The position numbers and the translations under genes are program-made. The notes below the pieces were generated by a model. It saw nothing but the letters and a program-made list of their open reading frames with translations. It did no database searches and was not told the origin of the DNA. A stretch of DNA of 64,000 nt from Halobellus rufus (lineage in GTDB: Archaea; Halobacteriota; Halobacteria; Halobacteriales; Haloferacaceae): assembly GCF_000739575.1 (NCBI RefSeq), contig NZ_BBJO01000013.1, positions 1 to 64,000 of the forward strand, given 5' to 3'. Of the stretch, positions 57,796 through 64,000 are shown piece after piece. Position 1 is the stretch's first letter. Each line of letters begins with the position of its first letter.

Positions 57796-59217
57796 CTAGA
57801 AGTCCTCCATCGTGACCTGGCCGTCGGTCGGCTGTGCGTCCGTTCCGTCGGTCGGTTCCGGGTCGGGGTCGTCCGTCTCCGGTGCATCGTCTCCTGCCGC
57901 TTCCTCGGTTTCATCGCTCTCTGCCGTCTCGTCGCTCCCCGCCGTCGCAGCGTCCTCCGACATCTCGGCCGCACTGTCGGCCTCCGTATCGACGTCGACG
58001 ACGTCACCGTCTTCGGTCGCCTCGTCTTCCGTCGACTCCGGTTCGGGCGCCGGCTCGAAGGCGTCCGGGTCCTCGTCGAGCAGGTCGGAGACGCGGTCCT
58101 CGACGACGTCGCGGACGTTCGAGTCGGCCGTCTTGCTCGCGCGGATCGTCTCGTCGACGTCGAGGGCGGCCGAGGAGAGGCCGAGGTCGCGGACGCGCTC
58201 CTCGACGGCGTCGTCCGGGTCGGCGAAGGAGACGTCGAACGAGGCGTCGACGTCCCGCTCTCGGCGGTCGGTGACGCGGGCGACGAGCGCGCCGCGCTCG
58301 GTGAGGGACTCCTCGATCGAGGCGGGCGTCACCGGGTCGCCCCCTCCCAAGATCTCGACGACGACGACCGCGTCCTCGACCTCCCGCTGGCGGAGTTGCT
58401 CGCGGACGCGCTCTGTCCCCTCGCTCTCGGCCAACTCCACGGAGACGAAGACGAACGGGCGCGTGTCGAGCGTCCGTCGGCGGATGTCGACCGCGGGGTC
58501 GGGCCCGCCATCGCCTTCATCCACGTCGGCGGCGTCTCCGGCGTCCCCCTCGCTCGCGCCGAACGTGACGAGGTTGTACCCGCGCGCTTCCTCCTCGGCG
58601 GCGCTGGCGCGCTCGGTCGAACCGCAGTAGGTGACCCACGTGTCGGCGACGGTCTCGATCCCCGGCGCGTGGTTGTCGCCGAGCAGGACAGCGTCGAAGT
58701 CGACGGTCGACCGTTCGAGGACGGTCTCGGTCTCCCAGTCGGCGTGGGCGAACGGGGTGAACAGGCCGTGGCTCACGAGCGCGGCGTGCTCGGCGTCGTG
58801 CGGCTCGAAGTCGTATTCGAGGTCGTCGCGCCGGGACTTCGGGACGTGATCCAGCCCGTAGAAGGCCGTCTCGCCGACGACCCGCGGCTCGGGGCCGAGC
58901 CGTTCGCCGAGCCCGAGATTCTCGAAGAGGTCGAGCCACTGGCCCCCGCGGGTCGACTCGTGGTTGCCGACGACCGCGAGAAACGGGATCCCGGCGTCTC
59001 GGAGCCGTCGGAGGATCCGGATCGTCCCGAGGAGATCCCGGAGCTCCGGCCGTCGGTCGTGGAACAGATCGCCCGCGTGGACGACGGCGTCGACGTCGTC
59101 GTCGATCGCGTCGTCGACCACCTGCTCGAACGCGTCGAGGAAGTCCTCTCGCCGCGCCGGCGAGTGGTACTGCTGGTACCCGAGGTGGGTGTCGCCGGTG
59201 TGGATCACCCGTGTCAT
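57796..59217 (-). CDS. mre11: DNA double-strand break repair nuclease Mre11
   Basis: Phosphoesterase motifs GDTHLG, HAGDLFH, GNHE, H-x-H. Long acidic C-terminal tail. Stop abuts the rad50 start. Confidence 0.9.
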   Translation of the reverse strand: MTRVIHTGDTHLGYQQYHSPARREDFLDAFEQVVDDAIDDDVDAVVHAGDLFHDRRPELRDLLGTIRILRRLRDAGIPFLAVVGNHESTRGGQWLDLFENLGLGERLGPEPRVVGETAFYGLDHVPKSRRDDLEYDFEPHDAEHAALVSHGLFTPFAHADWETETVLERSTVDFDAVLLGDNHAPGIETVADTWVTYCGSTERASAAEEEARGYNLVTFGASEGDAGDAADVDEGDGGPDPAVDIRRRTLDTRPFVFVSVELAESEGTERVREQLRQREVEDAVVVVEILGGGDPVTPASIEESLTERGALVARVTDRRERDVDASFDVSFADPDDAVEERVRDLGLSSAALDVDETIRASKTADSNVRDVVEDRVSDLLDEDPDAFEPAPEPESTEDEATEDGDVVDVDTEADSAAEMSEDAATAGSDETAESDETEEAAGDDAPETDDPDPEPTDGTDAQPTDGQVTMEDF

Positions 59218-59678
59218 CTGTCCAGTGATTGTTCGGTCCGTCCTAAAACCGTTCCGCGAGCGGAGCGGAAGTGGTCGGGGTCGACGTGGTCGGAGCCGAC
59301 GTGGTCAAGTCGCAGGCGGCGTCGAGTCTGCGTGTCGGACCCGGCACGTCCCGAATCGAGCGCCGCATCGAGCGCTCGCAGCGTCGCCAGCGCGCGGCGT
59401 CCGCGCTCGGCGACGTCGACTGCGCCGCGTCGGTCCGCCGCCGCGACCGCCGCCTCCAACTCGGTGAGTCGACCGTCGCGGAGGAACGCAGTTGCTTCGC
59501 GTGCGCACGACATTGCCGACTCCGCGTCGCGAACGACGGCCTCCGCCCGTTCGTTGCCGTCGAAATCCGTTGCGGACTCCGACGGTTCAGGTGGTGCAGA
59601 GCCGTCGGCGAGCGCCCGGAGCGACCGTCGGACGGAATCGGCGGACTGCGCCGTCGTCGCGGCTTGGCGTTCGGTCAC
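59214..59678 (-). CDS. hypothetical protein upstream of and overlapping mre11 (start uncertain)
   Basis: An ORF whose stop overlaps the mre11 ATG by 4 nt. In-frame ATG at 59513 (MSCAREATAFLRDGRLTELEAAV...), or a GTG at 59678. The longer track ORF to 59915 overlaps the next gene and is unlikely. Confidence 0.3.
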   Translation of the reverse strand: MTERQAATTAQSADSVRRSLRALADGSAPPEPSESATDFDGNERAEAVVRDAESAMSCAREATAFLRDGRLTELEAAVAAADRRGAVDVAERGRRALATLRALDAALDSGRAGSDTQTRRRLRLDHVGSDHVDPDHFRSARGTVLGRTEQSLDR

Positions 59679-59790
59679 GGAACGTGTGGCCCCGGCATCG
59701 TACTTGAACGCTCGGTGTGCGTCCAGTCGGGAGCCGCTCGGTGCGCAGACGGTGCCGGGAGCGCACTCAGAACGGTTGGGCCGGAAGCGC

Positions 59791-60054
59791 CTACAGCGAC
59801 AGCGTGTACAGTCGCTTGCGGGCGTCGGTGAAGGAGAAGCGCGAGTCGACTGCGCCGGCGTCTTCGAGCCGGGAGAGCGCGTAGCGGACCGTCCGCGGCG
59901 GCAGGAGCGTCTCATCGGCGAGTTGGCTCTGCGTCATCGTCTCGTTGTAATCGAGGACCTTCGCGACGAGCTTCGCACTCGGCGGCATCTCACGCACCTG
60001 GTCCCAGCGGTCGGTCGACGCCTCTTCGGTGGCAAGTGCCTCGGTAGTGCTCAT
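59791..60054 (-). CDS. small winged-helix DNA-binding protein (MarR/PadR-like)
   Basis: 87 aa (AKLVAKVLDYNETMTQSQLADETLLPPRTVRYALSRLEDAGAV) with a typical wHTH pattern. Confidence 0.5.
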   Translation of the reverse strand: MSTTEALATEEASTDRWDQVREMPPSAKLVAKVLDYNETMTQSQLADETLLPPRTVRYALSRLEDAGAVDSRFSFTDARKRLYTLSL

Positions 60055-60220
60055 TCGTACCTCCCACTCTGAGATGTAGCTTAATAATATTTACTGTATC
60101 ACTTTATTACTGTGGAGAATGGGCAGTGATCGATATCCCCGACGGGCGGCAGGTGGTCGGACGACCCCTGTTAGCGTTTCATCCACCCGAAGTCTCTTAT
60201 GAAACCACACCCTACGAAGG

Positions 60221-61441
60221 GTGATGACTGACACTGTGGACGACGTCGAACTCCCCTACGACGAGGAGACGACGTCGCAGCAGGAGAAGATCCAAGCGCT
60301 CAGAGAGCGGTTGGACATTCTCGAGTCCCAAAACGAGGAGATGCGGGACAAACTTCTGGATGCGAACGCGGAGAACAACAAGTACCAGCAGAAGCTCGAG
60401 CGGCTTACCCACGAGAACAAGAAGCTCAAGCAGTCGCCGCTGTTCGTCGCGACGGTGCAGGAACTCACCGACGACGGCGTGGTGATCAAACAGCACGGCA
60501 ACAACCAGGAGGCGCTCACCGAGGTCACAGACGAGATGCGCGAGGAGCTCGAACCCGACGCGCGCGTCGCCGTCAACAACTCCCTCTCGGTCGTCAAGCG
60601 CCTCGACAACGAGACCGACGTCCGCGCCCGGGTGATGCAGGTCGATCACAGCCCCGACGTCACCTACGCGGACATCGGCGGTCTCGACGAGCAGATGCAG
60701 GAGGTTCGAGAGACCGTCGAGATGCCGCTGGAGAACCCCGAGATGTTCGAGCAGGTGGGGATCCAGCCGCCCTCGGGCGTGCTGCTGTACGGCCCGCCCG
60801 GCACGGGGAAGACGATGCTCGCGAAGGCCGTCGCGAACCAGACGGACGCGACGTTCATCAAGATGGCCGGCTCCGAACTCGTCCACAAGTTCATCGGCGA
60901 GGGCGCGAAGCTGGTCCGTGACCTCTTCGAGGTCGCCCGCGAGAACGAGCCCGCCGTCCTGTTCATCGACGAGATCGACGCGATCGCCTCGAAGCGGACG
61001 GACTCGAAGACCTCCGGCGACGCGGAGGTCCAGCGGACGATGATGCAGCTTCTGTCCGAAATGGACGGCTTCGACGAGCGCGGCGACATCCGCATCATCG
61101 CCGCCACCAACCGCTTCGACATGCTCGACGAGGCGATCCTCCGCCCCGGCCGCTTCGACCGCCTCATCGAGGTGCCCAAACCGACCGAGGAGGGTCGCGC
61201 GCTCATCTTCCAGATCCACACGCGCGACATGAACGTCGCCGACGACGTCGACTTCGAGGAACTGGCCGAACTGGCCGACGACGCCTCCGGCGCGGACATC
61301 AAGGCGATCTGCACGGAGGCCGGGATGTTCGCCATCCGCGACGACAGAATGGAGATCGCGATGGCGGACTTCGTCGAGGCGTGGGAGAAGATCCAGGCCG
61401 ACGCCGTCGACGAGGGAACCGCGAGCCGCGCCTTCGCCTGA
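60221..61441 (+). CDS. panA: proteasome-activating nucleotidase PAN (AAA+ ATPase)
   Basis: N-terminal coiled coil and OB domain. Walker A GPPGTGKT, Walker B FIDEID, second region of homology. C-terminal hydrophobic-Tyr-X-like tail ...RAFA. Near-identical in pattern to haloarchaeal PanA as I recall it. Confidence 0.95.
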   Translation: MMTDTVDDVELPYDEETTSQQEKIQALRERLDILESQNEEMRDKLLDANAENNKYQQKLERLTHENKKLKQSPLFVATVQELTDDGVVIKQHGNNQEALTEVTDEMREELEPDARVAVNNSLSVVKRLDNETDVRARVMQVDHSPDVTYADIGGLDEQMQEVRETVEMPLENPEMFEQVGIQPPSGVLLYGPPGTGKTMLAKAVANQTDATFIKMAGSELVHKFIGEGAKLVRDLFEVARENEPAVLFIDEIDAIASKRTDSKTSGDAEVQRTMMQLLSEMDGFDERGDIRIIAATNRFDMLDEAILRPGRFDRLIEVPKPTEEGRALIFQIHTRDMNVADDVDFEELAELADDASGADIKAICTEAGMFAIRDDRMEIAMADFVEAWEKIQADAVDEGTASRAFA

Positions 61442-61462
61442 TCGACGGGGCTCGTCCCCGGT

Positions 61463-61915
61463 CTATTCTCGCTCCGGATCGTTTTCGGCCGCCGAGCGCA
61501 GCGACCGGACCGCCCGGCGCGTCACGTCTGTCGCGTCGTACCCGCGCTCGCCGTGGGCCGTCGTCTCCTCGACGAGCCGCGCGGCGCGGAACTCGGACAG
61601 CCGGCCGTGGACGTCCGACTCACAGAGCGCGTAGGCGTCGAGCAGTTCGACGACCGGGAGCGGTCCCCGATCGGCGAGTTCGACGAGGAGGCCCAGCGAC
61701 TGCTCGTCGTGCGCGGCGGTGACGACGCGGCGAACCGGCTCGGGGATCCCGCTCGCGGCGACGGAGAGCGGCGGAGCGTCGCTCTCTTCGAAGTCCAACT
61801 CGTCGTTCGGGAGGTACCGCTCCTCGCCGGTCGCGGGGTCGCGCACGCGACTCGACTCCGCGGACCGTTTGACGAGGAGGTAGCGGGTCCCATCGGCGTC
61901 GCGGACGGACTGCAT
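61463..61915 (-). CDS. hypothetical protein
   Basis: 150 aa from the ATG at 61915 (MQSVRDADGTRYLLVKR...). Acidic, GC3-rich. Confidence 0.4.
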   Translation of the reverse strand: MQSVRDADGTRYLLVKRSAESSRVRDPATGEERYLPNDELDFEESDAPPLSVAASGIPEPVRRVVTAAHDEQSLGLLVELADRGPLPVVELLDAYALCESDVHGRLSEFRAARLVEETTAHGERGYDATDVTRRAVRSLRSAAENDPERE

Positions 61916-61989
61916 AGTCGAGCGGTGGGCTGACAGGCGTTTATCCGTTGCGTTGCGGCGACAGGCGGTGCCCGTTGTGGTGCGGCGAC

Positions 61990-62379
61990 TCACCGGTCGT
62001 CCGACTCACCGACGCCCTGCTCCTGGTACGTCCGATAGAGGTCGTAGGTCCGATAGAGCGCGAACAGGCCGACGACGACCGCGCCGCCGCCCCAGGTCCA
62101 CTGCCCGCGGAAGCCGACGAGGAGGAGGCCCAAACTGATGCCCGCGAGCGCGACGTTGGCGTAGACGACCGTCGCCCAGAAGAACTTCGCGAGGTCTCCG
62201 TCGACCTCGACGCCGGCGCCCTCCTCGTCGACGTCGGCGGCGGGGTCGTCGACCGAGGGAACGGAAACGAGGTCACTCTCGGGGTCGCCCCACCGGCTCT
62301 CGGGGTCGGCCTCGTCGGGTTCGTCGGGCCACTCGTCGAACTCCGTCGGCACGGTTGGGAGAAGGCGCGGTTCCCGCAA
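61990..62379 (-). CDS. hypothetical protein with acidic N-terminus and 2 C-terminal TM
   Basis: 129 aa. TM segments FFWATVVYANVALAGISLGLLLV and AVVVGLFALY. Confidence 0.3.
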   Translation of the reverse strand: MREPRLLPTVPTEFDEWPDEPDEADPESRWGDPESDLVSVPSVDDPAADVDEEGAGVEVDGDLAKFFWATVVYANVALAGISLGLLLVGFRGQWTWGGGAVVVGLFALYRTYDLYRTYQEQGVGESDDR

Positions 62380-62424
62380 AAGTAGTTCGCTCCGCCGTCA
62401 CGGCCCGCGCGCCGTGTGTCCCGC

Positions 62425-62613
62425 TCAGCAGTGTTCCGTGAGCGTCACCGTCTGCGACGTCTCGACCCACGCGAGCGGGTTCTGCGGATCGTAGAACACG
62501 ACCCCGCCGTCGACATCGTAGGACTCGACGCCGTCGAGTCCGTCCGCTTCGTCCACCCGCGCAGGCGCGGCTGGCGACCGATCCGTCCGCTCGGAGTCAA
62601 CAGGGTCGACCAT
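62425..62613 (-). CDS. small hypothetical protein
   Basis: 62 aa acidic ORF with GC3-rich codons. Weak. Confidence 0.2.
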   Translation of the reverse strand: MVDPVDSERTDRSPAAPARVDEADGLDGVESYDVDGGVVFYDPQNPLAWVETSQTVTLTEHC

Positions 62614-62742
62614 CGTAGATCGTGGTATGTGTTACCATATTATAGGTCTTGCGGGCGAGTCGGTGCGCGAGCGGCGGTGAGACCGCACGGAGTGCCGCGG
62701 GCAATGCCGAGGTTTTTACTCGGCAGTGTCGAAGACGCTCTC

Positions 62743-64000
62743 ATGAAACAGGCAGGGCTCACGGACGACTGGGGGGGCGGCGCGGGCAGCGCCGCCGACG
62801 GCTCCCGGCCCGACGAGGAGGCCGTCGCCGTCGCCGGGAACGGCTCCCAGCACGTCTCGGAGGTCGTCGACGCCGAGGAGATCCGCTTCCCCGACGCCGA
62901 CGGAACTGTCGAACTGATGGTGACGCAGGTGAACTACTCGATCGAGGGGAGCGGCGACCGCGAGTACCCCGTCGTCCACGTGTTCGGTCGGACCCGCGAG
63001 AACGAGGTCGAACACGTCCGCGTCCTCGGCTTCGAGCCGTACTTCTACGCGCCCACGGAGACGCTCGACGACGACAAACTCGACAGGGACGTCATCACCC
63101 GCACCGAGGACGGATACGAAAGCATCCGCGGCGACGACCTGACGAAGATCTGTACGCGAACGCCGAGGGACGTCGGCCAGATCCGCGACGAGTTCGACCA
63201 CTACGAGGCGGACATCCTCTTTCCGAACCGCCTGCTGATCGACAAGGACATCAAGAGCGGGATTCGCGTCCCAGCCCGCCGACTCGACGGTGGCGAGGCC
63301 GACGCGGCGGACGGCGAGAGCGGACCGATCCAGATCCCGCACGACGAGATCGAGCCCGTCGAGGTCGACGCCGACCTCCGCGTGAACACCTTCGACATCG
63401 AGGTCGACGACCGCTCGGGGTTCCCCGAGGAGGGCGAGGAGCCGATCGTCTGTCTCACGAGCCACGACTCCTACGAGGACGAGTACATCGCGTGGCTCTA
63501 CGACGCCCCCGAGGCGGGCGAGGGCGTCGAATCCCCCGGCGACCTCGCCGACTACGAACCGCTCCGCGACGACACCGAGATCGACGTCCGCACCTTCGAA
63601 CGCGAGGGCGAGATGCTCGACGCGTTCGTCTCGTACATCGAGTCGACGGACCCGGACGTCCTGACCGGCTGGAACTTCGAGGACTTCGACATGCCGTACC
63701 TCCTCGACCGGATGGAGCGAATCGATCCGACCGCCGAATGTGACCTCGACCCCGACCGCTTCTCCCGGATCGACGAGGTCTGGCGCAGCGGCTGGGGCGG
63801 CCCGAACGTGAAGGGACGCGTCGTCTTCGACCTCCTGTACGCCTACAAGCGCACGCAGTTCTCCGAACTCGAGTCCTACCGCCTCGACGCCGTCGGCGAA
63901 CTCGAACTCGACGTCGGGAAGGAGCGCTACGCGGGCGACATCGGCGACCTCTGGGAACAAGAGCCCGAGCGCCTGCTCGAATACAACGTCCGCGACGTGG
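62743..64000 (+). CDS. polB: family B DNA polymerase (PolB), 5' part, runs off the window
   Basis: Frame +1 is open from the ATG at 62743 to the window end (MKQAGLTDDW...). Exonuclease motif I (NTFDIEVDD) and the B-family N-terminal domain pattern. It is not in the ORF track because no stop occurs. Track ORFs 62649..63743(+) and 62716..63960(-) are Arg/Val-rich alternative-frame artefacts. Confidence 0.85.
   Translation, partial: MKQAGLTDDWGGGAGSAADGSRPDEEAVAVAGNGSQHVSEVVDAEEIRFPDADGTVELMVTQVNYSIEGSGDREYPVVHVFGRTRENEVEHVRVLGFEPYFYAPTETLDDDKLDRDVITRTEDGYESIRGDDLTKICTRTPRDVGQIRDEFDHYEADILFPNRLLIDKDIKSGIRVPARRLDGGEADAADGESGPIQIPHDEIEPVEVDADLRVNTFDIEVDDRSGFPEEGEEPIVCLTSHDSYEDEYIAWLYDAPEAGEGVESPGDLADYEPLRDDTEIDVRTFEREGEMLDAFVSYIESTDPDVLTGWNFEDFDMPYLLDRMERIDPTAECDLDPDRFSRIDEVWRSGWGGPNVKGRVVFDLLYAYKRTQFSELESYRLDAVGELELDVGKERYAGDIGDLWEQEPERLLEYNVRDV

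Noticed and set aside
59214-59915. Full 233-aa track ORF upstream of mre11
   Set aside because: Its 5' third is Arg/Cys/Ser-rich and overlaps the wHTH gene region. Only the 3' part (from 59678 or 59513) is plausible coding.
62649-63960. Track ORFs 62649..63743 (+) and 62716..63960 (-)
   Set aside because: Arg-rich or Val/Asp-rich alternative frames over the genuine PolB reading frame (+1 from 62743). That frame has no stop before the window end and so is missing from the track.
1-64000. CRISPR arrays, tRNA/rRNA genes, transposases/integrases
   Set aside because: There are no regularly spaced 25-40-nt direct repeats and no cloverleaf-compatible 70-90-nt segments in the intergenic regions I examined. 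None of the identified proteins resembles an IS transposase or integrase. The only tandem repeat found is the coding (TG)n hexanucleotide tract.

Overview
This is a 64-kb, high-GC (roughly 65-70%) chromosomal segment with haloarchaeal hallmarks: acidic proteins, twin-arginine (Tat) signals, a PGF-CTERM-like surface protein, multiple TFB paralogs and halocyanins. It is gene-dense, with about 65 protein-coding genes on both strands, many in tight operons with 2-4 nt gaps or overlaps. I found no rRNA, tRNA, CRISPR array, integrase or transposase.

Recognisable genes in window order:
- tfb (3' end), nreA-like, a TRAM protein, a radical SAM protein, a GNAT acetyltransferase, aroB' (3-dehydroquinate synthase II)
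- tfb (full length), a PBP-fold binding protein, an ITPase, an AglD-like GT2 fused to a membrane domain
- an SPFH/NfeD pair with a 7TM histidine kinase, an Mrr-fold/DUF4352 membrane protein coupled to a large surface glycoprotein
- pykA, metG, mfnA, ppsA, a J-domain membrane protein
- a frameshifted thrC paralog, a DtxR-family regulator in an operon with a GDT1/UPF0016 transporter, a LysE exporter, egsA (G1P dehydrogenase), a GT4 glycosyltransferase
- halocyanin 1, an S9 peptidase, a GAF/PAS protein, the MCM B12-binding subunit with meaB, an alpha/beta hydrolase, an NAD-kinase-like protein
- a six-gene operon of halocyanin 2 with a split cytochrome b (petB/petD-like)
- nth, the mre11-rad50 operon, PAN (panA), polB (5' part)

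From memory, gene content and order resemble the Haloferax volcanii HVO_07xx-HVO_0858 region; I could not verify this.

Regions most worth a second look:
1. A roughly 500-bp AT-rich island (40.59-41.11 kb) with a promoter-equipped 70-codon membrane ORF, followed by three consecutive stem-loops.
2. A Rieske-less halocyanin / split cytochrome b operon with four small membrane proteins.
3. A DtxR-GDT1 operon with a perfect 7-2-7 palindrome at the promoter.
4. An Mrr-fold/DUF4352 membrane protein translationally coupled to a PGF-CTERM-like surface protein.
5. A decayed thrC paralog.

Many long Arg/Ser-rich ORFs in the six-frame track are GC-skew artefacts antisense to real genes; I rejected them. 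The ORF track prints M for GTG/TTG starts, so several 5' ends are uncertain.
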